Source: Gnetum montanum (taxonomy: Eukaryota; Plantae; Gnetophyta). From it: a stretch of 64,000 nt of DNA. Position 1 is the first letter of the stretch; each line of letters starts with the position of its first letter. The notes under the pieces were generated by a model. It did no database searches. It had not been told where the DNA came from and saw only the letters and a list, made by a program, of their open reading frames with translations. The stretch spans positions 80,563 to 144,562 of the forward strand of contig MNCI01001939.1 in the NCBI GenBank assembly GCA_015680685.1, given 5' to 3'. A program made the position numbers and the translations under genes. Positions 22,946 to 34,847 of this stretch are shown here, in pieces.

Positions 22946-23325
22946 TAGTTTAAAAAATGATGGAGATGAACAATAGTTTTACCATTGACTATATTTCCAA
23001 TATCTGCAATTAAATACTCAACATTGTAGTTTATTATAACATAACTATTGTACCATACAATTACAAAAAAGATAGTGCTTGTATTGACACTATCTGAGCT
23101 TATGTGAACAACAGTTGCCTTCACTTTACTCACAAACTATTCAAGAGCCCACAATAAGATTCTACTCTCTCATATAGGCCCAACATGTTGTTGCAAAAGT
23201 TATTCTTTCACACCCTTTTTTATAGCAAAAGTTATTCCTACAAAATGTTAGCAGGAATGCAGAGTCGTAAAAACTAAAATCATACAATGACAGATACGTC
23301 GAGAAAATCTAATATATGGTTTTTA

Positions 23326-24108
23326 TGATGAGGAGTTCCCATGGATTCCACAATCCAAGCTCTATCAAAGTCACAAAATAGCACATTTGAACCAAAAAAA
23401 AGGAAAATGAGAGCTTTATTCTTGCTCAAATGGAGAATTTACATATGAAATGAAGCACAATTCTTTCAATCCAACTCTCACACACTCAATCAAAGCAATT
23501 ACTCACTCACAAGGATGATAATCAAGGCACCTTGCCAAGACTCTATCTCTCCTTGTACTCCTCTCACCTCCCTACACTCTCTCTGTCTTTCTAGACTCAC
23601 TTCAAACTCTCTCTTTCTTTCTCTAGACTCTCTTCTTCAAATTGAAGGCCCAACTAGTCTATTTATATCTTTCTCCCCCTGCTCCCCCCTCTGCCTCTCT
23701 TCATCTTCCCTTCAATTTATCATTTAATTTAATGTCCATTAAAATTCATGGGAGACATCTATGAGAAACAAGAGATGTCTTTTCTGAGTGCAAAGGTCTC
23801 AAATTAGACGTACTGAAATCATGTGGGATGTCTCAGCAAAGATGTCTACAACCTAGATGGAACGTCTAACTTACTTATATATGGGACACCTCACTTACAG
23901 ATGGGACGTCTCCTCTGCAAGGCCAAAATATAAAGATACTTGTTTTGAGGCTTGAAACCTTCAAACACCTCCAAACAAGTCCCCATAGCCCCCAGAACAT
24001 CCTAAAGTCATCAAAATAGGCCCAAAACACTCCCAAACATGCCAAAACTCTAGGGAAAGATCCCATCCATGGAGAGATGTTACTTTGGCCTATTTGATGT
24101 CCACATCA
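23326..24108 (-). mobile_element. Probable gypsy-type LTR fragment just upstream of the phosphatase gene
   Basis: Ends CCACATCA (TGATGTGG on minus), minus TATA near 23660, CT-rich tract, repeated GATGTC/GACGTC motifs. No TSD; left end uncertain. Confidence 0.45.
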
Positions 24109-24235
24109 TCTTGTCATCATCAATTGGCCATGGATAAATAATTGCATTACTGGCTGTCCATCACACATTATATGCATTATGGAGGATGAATGATTGACTG
24201 CATTATGGGCTGTGAATGATTACCCACCAAGCATC

Positions 24236-24243
24236 GAATATGC
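24236..24243. promoter_or_regulatory. P1BS (PHR1 binding site, GNATATNC)
   Basis: GAATATGC about 240 bp upstream of the ATG, in a gene family known to be induced by phosphate starvation. Confidence 0.6.
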
Positions 24244-24405
24244 ACCCAACCATGGGAAATTTATTTGCATGGTAACAAAATAACCAATAGGTGTGTACAG
24301 GCCAGCTAGCCCATTAGGTTTGCAAATGTTGAGATAACCAACCATAAATTGAAGAAGTATGAGGAACATTCTGATCATTCTCCTCGGACTTTCATATTTG
24401 CAGAA

Positions 24406-24413
24406 GCATATAC
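24406..24413. promoter_or_regulatory. P1BS (PHR1 binding site, GNATATNC)
   Basis: GCATATAC about 70 bp upstream of the ATG. Confidence 0.55.
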
Positions 24414-24479
24414 ATGCAGTTTTGTTGAGAAAGCAGAAAGCTTCATTTTTTCTGCTTCATCTTTCCTCCCTGTGTGGCA

Positions 24480-26106
24480 ATGGAAAGCATTCATGGAGAT
24501 GCTGAGGCAGGAGTAGGAAGCAACACAGTTATTGTGTTTGATTTTGATCTTACATTAATTGACTGTGACTGTGACCAGTTCATCATGGAGTTTGGGCTTG
24601 CTAACATGTTTGAGGCCTTTCTCACCACTCTTCCATGGAACAGTTCAATGGTAACAGTTCATTTACAGCACCCAATTGGCCAATTCCTGTTTTTGTTCAT
24701 TTTGATGGGGGAGTTAGTTTTAGAGTTTTGGCCACTTCAATATTTTGAGTTTGATTTTCGTAATAAATACAGCAATGGTTTCATTTATTTTGGGCTGATG
24801 ACTAATTTCACCAAATGTTGCAGGACAAGATGATGGGGGAGCCACATTCTCAAGGAAGATCCGTTTCAGATATTGAGAAGGCAGTAAAGGCTGTTCCTCT
24901 GCATCCTGCTACTGCATCATCCCTCAGACTGCTCAACGCTATGGGGTGGTGCTTTTTAAAGCTTGCATTTTGTTATCCTCTCTGCGAATGCTCTTTGATT
25001 ACTCATGTTGCTTTATCAGTTTTTTCTCACACCATAGTCTTCCCCTATCCACTTTGGGTTGGTTTGATTAGTATTCTTACTTCATTGTTGTCAATCAAGG
25101 ATAAATCTTCAATCTCATTGGAATGATGCAATGGCATATCGCCTATTTATCAATCTCATTGGAATGATGCAATCGCCTAATTACAGCATCTCTGGGATTG
25201 ACAATATTACTTTGCCTCTTTGGCAAGATATACTATGAACATTTTACCTATCAGGATATCATACACTTGTCTAATTTTTAGAAATATTTAAACCCATATT
25301 TGTACTTAGTATTACCCAGGCCAGGTTGGTTCATTTTTTTGTTAGATCCAAATTTCATTTTTTTGTTAGATCCAAATTTTCCAATGAAATATTGAAGGGT
25401 ATGGTTTGAAACCTAAGTTTTAATGCTTTGGATCAACAGGTGTGATTTGAGAATAGTGAGTGATGCAAACATGTACTCTATAAATACAATTCTAGGCCAC
25501 CATAGGCTTTTGCGGTGCTTCACAGCTATCAAGACGAATCCTGCAACTGTGGAGGAAAATGGACGGCTTAGAATTAAGCCTTACCATCCCTTCACCAACG
25601 AGCCACCTCATGGCTGTCCCCTATGCCCTCCCAATATGTGCAAGGTTTGTTTAATTCACAACGTTTTAACCCACTTTACCTTAAAGTGTTTTTTAAAGGT
25701 TGAATAATTACCGGAGGATCTGTATTTTGTCAGCAGGGGGCTATAGTAAAAGAGATGATGGGCTCAAACTATGACAGAAGATATATTTACGTGGGTGATG
25801 GGAATGGAGATTTCTGCCCCTCTTTAAAACTGAGAGGTACAGATCATGTTCTGCCCAGGAAAAGGTAAGTGCTCTGATGCAGTGATTCATGTTTGAAATT
25901 AGAATGGTTGAGATTGATTTTAAAAATCTAACAGTATCCTGAAACTGAGAATTTGTCATCTCAGATACCCGTTGTGGAATTTGATTGAGGCACATTGTGA
26001 AACAGTTGAAGCTCAGGTCCATGGCTGGTCCAATGCCTTGGACATGGAAGTTGTACTACTAAAAATTATTCTTTCGATTGAAGTCCTGAAGGTAATTAGA
26101 GAATAA
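24480..26106 (+). CDS. HAD-superfamily phosphatase of the PHOSPHO1-like family (inorganic pyrophosphatase PPsPase/PS2, phosphoethanolamine/phosphocholine phosphatase PECP1, thiamine phosphate phosphatase-like), about 255 aa; exons 24480-24650, 24824-24945, 25440-25644, 25737-25864, 25965-26106
   Basis: GT-AG introns join one open frame of 768 nt containing VFDFDLT (motif I), LPWN, CDLRIVSDAN (II), HGCPLCPPNMCKG (III), IYVGDGNGDFCP (IV) and PRKRYPLW. Confidence 0.92.
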
Positions 26107-28685
26107 CACCAGCAACAATCTCGTTAGGGAAACAGGAATTTCAAATTGGGATAACACAATAGAAGGATACTTTAAAATTGCAGCATAATGAAAACAAAGT
26201 GATAACTCAGAAATCAGTTTGGTCACCGATGATATAAATGTATCCTGTTCCTATGTGTCAGCGTTTGATAGCAGGACTGCAACAAATAAGGTGAACCTGA
26301 AAGATATTGTTGATCGTCCAGAAGAGATAAATTTTGTTCATAAACATGAATTAATTATCTGAAATTTCCGCACATTATTGTATAACTAGTTATCTTTATG
26401 ACTTTTATATTTATTAAAATTAAAAAAAACCTCTCCTAGATTACTGTCTTATCTTCTCAAACACGAAACGTAGTATCAACACTTCATGGACAAAAATGAA
26501 GTCCTAACACACAATTTTGTGAATCATGTTTTCAAACATCGGTTATCAAACTGACATCACACTGACATCAGTCCCTAAGGAAGCATTCCCTCTTGATGTA
26601 AAAAACAGCTGCTTTAATGAGTTTCTTAATCAACTGTCGTTCATTAAGAAACAAAAGCATAATGGTTGATTTCCAAGATTCAATACCACAGCTTGAATGT
26701 TCATGACATTACGTAAATCTTTTATAAAAAAAAAAGTGTTGGAATGCAAACCTTAGTGGCAGCAAGGATTAGAAACAGAATTTGAGGGAACATCGGCATG
26801 GAGGAATAAGTATATTTCCAATGAGTCAGTATTATAAATGAGCTCAATTAACTAGTAACATAGCGTGGGATCAATGAACTAGTAATAGCATAAGTAATTA
26901 AAGTTGGATGAACTTTTTTTTCATCCTGCCCATTTGTTATAAATTCTTTCGCTTTTAAAAGTTTTATAGTCTTAATGCAACATTTGGAAATTTATTTAAC
27001 TTCAAGAACCTATTTATTGAAAGTAAGGTTATTTACAGCTCAAAGAGATATAGCCAACATTTTCTCCCTCCTACCCATTTGCTATAAATTTTTTCATGTT
27101 TAGAAGTCTAAATTTATTTACGTTTTTTGAAGCTAAACACTTCAAGACATATAAAGGAATATAAAGATGCTTGACTTGTGAATTGAATGGCAACCTCTTA
27201 CTTGGAAATCCTTGTTATACAATAAACTAACCACTTGAGCTTCACATCCTTAGTCTAAAGAGACTCAAAGCATTGGGAAAATACAGTGTAGTTGACCCTG
27301 AACTCTGCAAGCATTACGTGGAAATAGTATGTAAAAGCACCCATTGTTACACAACAGTACAGTCAAGCAATCATAGTAAGCCAACAATCATAATGGTGGG
27401 GATGAGTAGGACATCCTAAGAAGCCTTAGTTAGCCATGGGAGGACCCATTGCTTAAAACTTCATCCATAATGAATTTGACTTTTGGTATACTATATTAAG
27501 ATATGTACTATCTAGAAGCTCTATTTTATTAAAATATACATTTAAGGAGAATTCGGTAGATAGTCACCTGTTAAAAATAATCATCAAATCAAATCATATG
27601 CAAACTCTAATGAGTTAGCATTGTTGGAGTAAATGCAATCATGATGAATTAGTATTTTAAAAAATTGCCGTGTGAAAACATATTTCTAAATGTATTTGGA
27701 ATTACTTAATTGGTAAATTTGTCGCTTTGTAAATTAAAGTACTATGTTTATTATCTTATTAGTAAAGTTATACCAAAGTACTATTCTAGCCAAGTATCTA
27801 AAATATGTGTTTTACAATATCTCTAAATCCTAGAAGGAGAGCTTCATAACTATGGTAGCATTTTTTAAAAGCACATGACCACCTCAGTTACAACCACAAT
27901 GCACTTGAATCCTTAGAAAATGATTCAAAGACATTATAAGAAGATTTATTATTTTATAAAATGAGGAAAAATAGATAAACAAATTTGATCTAGACAACCA
28001 TGAAGAATGTGCCTTCATTTCTACTTACATTTTTAAAGAAACTAAAATAGAAGTAAAATTATGTAAACTTGTGTTTATTTTGCTTGTAATTGATGTTAAC
28101 TATGTCCTCCAATTTTGAAATCTATATTATTAATCCCTCCTCCTCAGCTACAATTATTTCAAACAAAATGAGAGAGAGAGAGAATTTCTGGGTTTCACAA
28201 CAGATTGCATCACTACGTTAACTGAACCAACAATTCCAAAATAGTATGTATGAAATAACACAAACCCAGTGTACCAAACAAGAATGGGAGAAAATCGTAG
28301 CTGGTTCATTCAAATCCAACTACAATTCCATTCCGTGATGTGGCCACTGCAACTATTGACATCTTCTTGTCTACTTTGTCAATGCAATCCAATCCAAAGA
28401 GTTATGAAATTTAACTCCACTTAGCAAATTGTTGTTTTGACTATAAACTTGCAGGTGTAACTCTTCCACACTGTCGGAATTGTAGAAACCCATTTTCTGA
28501 AGATGGCAGCATTCTATCACCAAAATTTCTTACTCTCAAGTTTAATGATACAACTTTACTAATGACTAGTTGCAGATTGGCAGTGAATTTGGCCAACAAT
28601 GAATGTGATGACATGCAATTAGAGCCCAAATTCAACAAATAATTTGGTTATTTAGTTGGCATTCCGTGTTGAACCAGAGGGGGTG

Positions 28686-29185
28686 GGTTTGATTCCTAAA
28701 GCCGGAGAGTTTGACCCCTACCGTTTACATAACTGGTAGATCTGCATTTACAAATATCAAGATCTATCACTCAGCAAATTCCTGATCAACAACACTCCAT
28801 TTTGACAAACTTTGTGGGTTTACCAGTCAAGAAACATGTTCGATGTTTTGTTTTCTTCAACCGCCGGCAGGTTTGACTCCTACCCTCCGTATAGTTGTTA
28901 GATCTCGACTTCTCTCAACCGAAAAGAAACAAACAAAAAGGAGTATATTGATATTGGTAAAGACGTTCGTTACTAACCAAGAAGTTCGGAAATTTGACAC
29001 AATCTGTGGTTTAACAGTAAGAAAACGTGTTTAATTCCTCTCGCCGGCGGTTTCGATTCTTACTGTGCACATTACCGATATCCACCGCCGGCCTGTTTGA
29101 TTCCTACCGATATCGAAAATCTATACTAAAGAATGCTATGATTTTGACAAAATTCATTGAATTACAACTTAAGAATCATTTTCAG
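28686..29185. repeat. Three degenerate 160-180 bp units sharing GCCGG..GTTTGAYTCCTACC and TTTGACA motifs
   Basis: Motif occurrences at about 28701, 28863, 29043 and 29087; second motif at about 28801, 28993 and 29142. Confidence 0.5.
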
Positions 29186-29415
29186 AGTGAAATTTGTTAC
29201 CAGTAAGTGGACCGGGAATCATCACTGAAAGCAGTGGACTGACCGGGAATCATCACTCAAAGCAGTGGAATCGGAAGTGGGACTAGGATTTTATGTCCAG
29301 AGTGTTTACGCTCAAACTAATACCACATTCATCATTTTTATGTCTTTATCCGGATTGGCTAACTAACGTCAAAACTGTGGAATTGATAGCATATTTTTAC
29401 ACCATAAATCCAATT

Positions 29416-29506
29416 AACAATGAGGTGTTAGCTTAGAGTTACCCTATGTCATAGGTTCAATTATATTGGGTAGTACTAAGTTATAAATTTCTATAAAATC
29501 TTGGGG
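29416..29506 (+). mobile_element. tRNA-derived SINE-like repeat, copy 1 (internally deleted)
   Basis: Starts AACAATGAGGTGTTAGC and ends ATCTTGGGG, as do the other copies. Confidence 0.55.
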
Positions 29507-29670
29507 TATACGTATGTTTCATTTATTTTGGATTCCAACTTTTTGGGGGGGGTGTCAACCCCAAAAAGAGAATTTTATTAATTAAATGAGATTAAGTACA
29601 TGATCAACATCTGAACATATTGATGGTTAAATAGGGAGAAGAACAATGTCAAATGCAAATGTTGAAGGAA

Positions 29671-29900
29671 AACATCTTGAAACATAAACCTTCACATAGT
29701 GTAGGAGTACATTCCAAAAAGCAACCTCATGCTAGGAATCACTAAGAACTCCAAGTTAATAAGACCAGGGGAACAACGGGAACAACATCTTGAAACATAA
29801 ACCTTCACATAGTGTAGGAGTACATTCCAAAAAGCAACCTCATGCTAGGAATCACTAAGAACTCCAAGTTAATAAGACCAGGGGAACAACGGGGAACAAC
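29671..29900. repeat. Near-perfect tandem duplication (period 113 bp) in the LINE 3' region
   Basis: AACATCTTGAAAC...GGAACAAC twice; either very recent or an assembly artefact. Confidence 0.85.
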
Positions 29901-30529
29901 AGAGAGCTAAAAATGCTCAAAATTATGATGAAACACTCCGATGTAGCAAATCAAGATGGGGAAGAGTGCGCGAATTGGTGTATCTACTCCAAGGCTGCAA
30001 ACAATAAAACAACTGATTAGTATCCAACTTTAACTTAGAAGTGTGAGATATAATTTGGAAATGCACAAGGCGAAGAATTTGAAATTTTTCCATAATAGTT
30101 AAATGGTTAGAGTTAGACGAATCAGTGTTCTNNNNNNNNNNNNNNNNNNNNNNNNNNNNNNNNNNNNNNNNNNNNNNNNNNNNNNNNNNNNNNNNNNNNN
30201 NNNNNNNNNNNNNNNNNNNNNNNNNNNNNNNNNNNNNNNNNNNNNNNNNNNNNNNNNNNNNNNNNNNNNNNNNNNNNNNNNNNNNNNNNNNNNNNNNNNN
30301 NNNNNNNNNNNNNNNNNNNNNNNNNNNNNNNNNNNNNNNNNNNNNNNNNNNNNNNNNNNNNNNNNNNNNNNNNNNNNNNNNNNNNNNNNNNNNNNNNNNN
30401 NNNNNNNNNNNNNNNNNNNNNNNNNNNNNNNNNNNNNNNNNNNNNNNNNNNNNNNNNNNNNNNNNNNNNNNNNNNNNNNNNNNNNNNNNNNNNNNNNNNN
30501 NNNNNNNNNNNNNNNNNNNNNNNNNNNNN

Positions 30530-31131
30530 TTTTTGTCTCCTATGCTAACAAGGTGAAGGGTTGAGAAACTAATTACTAACTCTAACTAATGAACTAAGTC
30601 TAAATTACCTAGCATCAACATCTGTTCCCACTTACTGTACACACCCTGAACCGATGCAACCTTGGCTACCAAACGCTAATCGTTGCTAGGATCACCAAGC
30701 GTAATGCACGTGCTCGAAGTGGTCGTACTAAGGCACTTAACTAAGAGAGAAGGGTTGAGAAGGAATTAAGAACTAATAAAGCATGTAAATAACAAATAAT
30801 AAATAACAATAATAAAATCCTATTCCATGCACTGCATGGTTTATCCAAGAAGCTCATCTTTATTCCTGTACACAAACTTGTGTTCAAGTTCACTTTGGGA
30901 CTCCTACTGCTAGCACATGGAAAATATTCTATCTCTGGAGTGATCAATCTACCAGAGTTTTCCTACTGTCTAGCCTAGGATGAGGAAATAAGGGAGAGCC
31001 GCCTCTTATTTATAGATATGACGACGCATCGTGATATCGCGTATGCGATATCGTAGGGGAAGACGAAATATTACGTACGTGATATCGCAAGGGATGCGAT
31101 ATCGCGGCCCATGCGATATCATGTCCCATTA
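30530..31131 (-). mobile_element. LTR (Athila-like motif family) inserted in the LINE; remainder lies in the N-gap
   Basis: LINE coding resumes at 31132. Minus TATA at 31007-31015. Array of CGATATCG motifs at 31032-31121. Confidence 0.7.
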
Positions 31132-34100
31132 GTAGGCCTTGATGAAGGAGGCACCAAGAAATTGTTTAATTTTTGGAAGAGTCGGAAGGCTCCAAACTCG
31201 TGAGAAGAGGGAGAGCCAAAACTGTTCAGACTCTTCTTTGTGCCATGATCTATTGCAGTGATTAACAATCATAGAGGAATCATGCAACAACTGAAAGGGC
31301 ACATGTGGTTTATAGGGTAGAAGGTTTGATCCATTAATTCGCTAAAGACCATGGAAGAGACTAGGAACCGAAGCATCCAAATGCAAGTACTGATGAATGA
31401 AGTAATAAAGTCTGTCAAGGTAGTGGTGCATAGTTTTGGAAGCCCCATATAAGTTTTCGAACATATCCCAAGTAATCCACTAATTGGTGAGACGAAGACA
31501 TCTAAGGGAAACAACTCCCTTTTGAAACCAAATGGTGGCTGTCCTGGCATTTGAGGTGGCTAGAGGAGTAGGCGAAAGGGGCAGCCACCAAGGGCAAATC
31601 TTAGAAAGGAGAGTAGGATTGATATGAACATTATTCCAATTCACATGAGAATGTAAGACCTGCCAAGCCTTCCAAATTCTTTTGAAAACATGTGTTCTTG
31701 GAATGATAATGTCATGAGGAGAAAGGATCCAATTAACAGGGTGGATACCCTTCCAAATGGACTTATTCTTAAGGAATTCTTGTTGAAGCCTTAACTAAAG
31801 AAGATTCCCAATAATATTGGGGGCATCCAAGTGCTGAACCAACCACTTAGCAACAAGGGTGAGACCTTGCTTAAAGGAGTTCAAAAGGCCCAATCCACCT
31901 TTGTTCTTAGGAAGAGTTACTATATTCCAGGCAACACAATGAAAGCCTTTTTGGGAGTCTTTAGATGACCACATGAAGTCTTGAAATAATCATTTAAGCT
32001 TTTGATAAGAAGCATGGGAAGGGGTCCAACATGACGAATAATAAACGTGGGTAGAGGCACAAATAGATTTACAGATGAGATACTTATCGGCGAGGGTGAG
32101 GGTTTTGGTTTTCCATTTTTTGATTTTCCTTTGAATTCGAGAAAGTACTTGGTCCTAGAGTTCTGAAGTTGGGGCTCTAAAGCAAAAAGGAATTTCCAAG
32201 AGCTTAATGATTTCATGATCTTGAGTACGCTTCCAACTATAATTGGAAAAATGGTTGTAGTTATTGGTGAAGCTATATACTGAAGATTTACACCAATTTA
32301 TAACAGATCTAGAGAGGGAGCAATATTGCTCAACTCGAGACAAGAGACGTTGCACATTAATAGCATTGTTTTGAATAAGGAAAAATGAGTCATTAGCAAA
32401 ATGCATATTGAGGAGAAGATAGATGAACCCCAGATAAAACATTGTTTTGAATATCCAAGTTGATTTGATGACAGAGAAAATCAGTAGCAATGATGAAGAG
32501 GTAAGGAGCAAGAGGGCAACCTTCGTTAACAGACCTATGAATAGAAAAGGGAGAAGTGATGCCGAAGGAAGTCGTGATTCGCGTAGTAGCATCTGAGAAT
32601 AAGCATTCTACCATATGAATGAACTTAGGGCCAAAACCCAATTTAGTCATGGTTTGGATAATGAAGTCCCACTTAATATTATCATAGGCTTTAGCATAGT
32701 CAACTTCATCAGGAGGATATCCTCACCCTCATCCTCAACCCACTTAAGATCTTCACAAGCAACCACCAGATTATTTAATATGTATCTTCTTGGGACAAAG
32801 CTAGTCTGCTGGGGGGAAATAATAAGAGTAAGGATTTTCTTTAATCACAAAGCCAAACATTTAGCCCAAATTTTGTAAACCACATTAAGTAAGGTGATAG
32901 GTCACCAATTGGAGATACAAGTAGGATCTCCCGATTTAGGGAGAAGATGAATAATCCCTTGGTTTAAGATTGGTCCCAAAGAACCAGTAAGCGTAGCCTC
33001 TTTGATAACATGGAAGAGGTCAGAACCAACCAAATCCCAATGCTTTTGGAAAAATTCGACTGGAAAACCATCATAACCAGGGCCTTTCCCAGGGCTTAGG
33101 TTAAAGCAAGCCTATCGAAGCTCAGCTAGAGTAATATTGGCTTCTAAAATTGTCAGCATAGAAGAATTAACCAGTCTAGGATAATTTAGAGTGGCGGCCA
33201 CGAAGGATGTGGGATCCATAGGAGTAGTGGTGAATAAGGCTTCAAAGTGTTCCTTAAGGTAAGAGAGAAGACTATTTTGGTCAGTGATAATGGATCCATT
33301 TATGGAGAGTTTATCTAAAGAGGGTGAAGGGGAGGACTGGTTAAGGTACTTAAAGTATTCCTTACATTGCTCATCTTGAATGTTAAGCCAAGTGAGTCAA
33401 CTTTTAATCAAGGCACCTTGTGCCTTATATACTTCCCAATGTTGAAAGGCTATACAGGCTCTAGCAAGCTCCCCTTGTAGGGGACTATTGAAGGGATCAT
33501 CAATTAGTTTGGTCGTAAGGTGCTCAATGGTAGAGCATATGTTGGAGTACTCTTGCTGAGAACGAGAGGCAACTTCCTTACCATAATGATGGGCAAGATT
33601 CCTAACTCTACTAGTAGTCCAAAGCCACCAGTGGATCCAACCCTTTGGACCTAAGGATCTAGGTTCAACGTTCCAAAGGCTAGAAAGAAGTTGTTGGGCA
33701 GAAGGAGAAGAGAAACATTGACTATGTAGCCTAAAGAGATGATAATTCCATCGTTGGTGGTCATTATGGATCTGCATAGATAAAGTAATGGGGAAATGAT
33801 CATATAAGGTTGCGTTTTGGTGGACTTTAGTAGTAGAAAGGGTCTGCCAAACAGAAAGAGTGGAAAAATAATATCTATCTAACCGAATATAAATGCGAGC
33901 CTGCCCCTTATGAAGATTGTTCCAAGTGAAGCTATTAAGAGAGCCACTAGCAGTGACTGCGATGCCATCCAAAAGATAGAAACATTTCTTAAAATTTGAC
34001 TAGGCTTGATATTCATGATGAGGAAGTTGAGAGAAAACACCCCCAAGCTTATCATGAGAGAATTCCATCATGTTCAAATCACCACCAAAAATCCAAGGAA

Positions 34101-34311
34101 TAGACAGGAGGCTATGAGTGAGTGGATTCCAACTTTTGAATCTAACTTGCTACTTGTTTCAATGATTTTGGATTCCAACTCTTGAATCCAACTTGCTACT
34201 TGTGAATTACATACCCAATGCTTTACTCACACACTATTGTATTATAAAAAAGTGTTAAAAAAAAGATATAAAGATAATGCAATTTATAAATAGGCCTTTT
34301 GGGTAGAATTT

Positions 34312-34429
34312 CCCCAAGATATATAATCCAATTAGAACTTTATATAACTTAGTATTGCACACTTGGATTAACCCATGACCTGGAGCTTCCAAACCAAGTG
34401 TCTTACCACTAGGCTAACACTTCATTGTT
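34312..34429 (-). mobile_element. tRNA-derived SINE-like repeat, copy 2
   Basis: Minus strand shows an A-box (TAGCCTAGTGG) and a B-box-like GGGTTAATCC; similar to 34992-35108. Confidence 0.65.
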
Positions 34430-34847
34430 TTTTTTTTGGTGGAATGTTGATAATTCTGATTTTGGAAGCATCTTTTGTGATTGTATCATTAGGCTAATAA
34501 ACGTATTTTGGCTAGATTCTGTCACTGTGACTAGTAAATTTTTGACAAATCTAAATTTGAAAGATCTTTTGTGATTTGTATTTGTTGATTATTAAAAAAA
34601 ATATTTATGCTGAAATTGCGTTCATGGTTAGAGTAGATGAATTGCAATGTGTAAGTCATAGGTTTAAACATATCAGAACACTAACTCAACATTGTTATAC
34701 CTTTCGATAATATTTCTGATATACTTCCAATATAAAATATACCATGTTTAGCCATATGTCTTGGGTTTACCTATAATTAAATTCCACATCATTATACTCT
34801 TTTGTAATAGTTTAGATATACTTCTAATATAAAATATACCATGTTTT

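Larger units (their letters stand above)
29544..34122 (-). mobile_element. 5'-truncated L1-type LINE (ORF2: endonuclease C-part, RT, zf-RVT region, 3' UTR), 15-bp TSD, interrupted by an LTR and a gap
   Basis: TGGATTCCAACTTTT at 29529-29543 and 34123-34137. Motifs PWIFGGDLN, RLDRYY, DHFPI, KGPGYDGFPVEFF, PITLLNVVYKI, KAYD, GCPLAPYLF, FANDS, GGLGL, WCLLHQGL. AATAAA near the 3' end. Confidence 0.9.

Noticed and set aside
26092-26162. Possible extra mini-intron and sixth exon of the phosphatase
   Set aside because: The intron would be only about 45 nt, the donor is not conserved in the pseudogene, and an in-frame TAA follows at 26104.
28686-29900. CRISPR-like repeat-spacer array or another prokaryotic system
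   Set aside because: Repeats are degenerate, irregularly spaced or simple duplications; no cas-like or operon-like ORFs; the context is eukaryotic.
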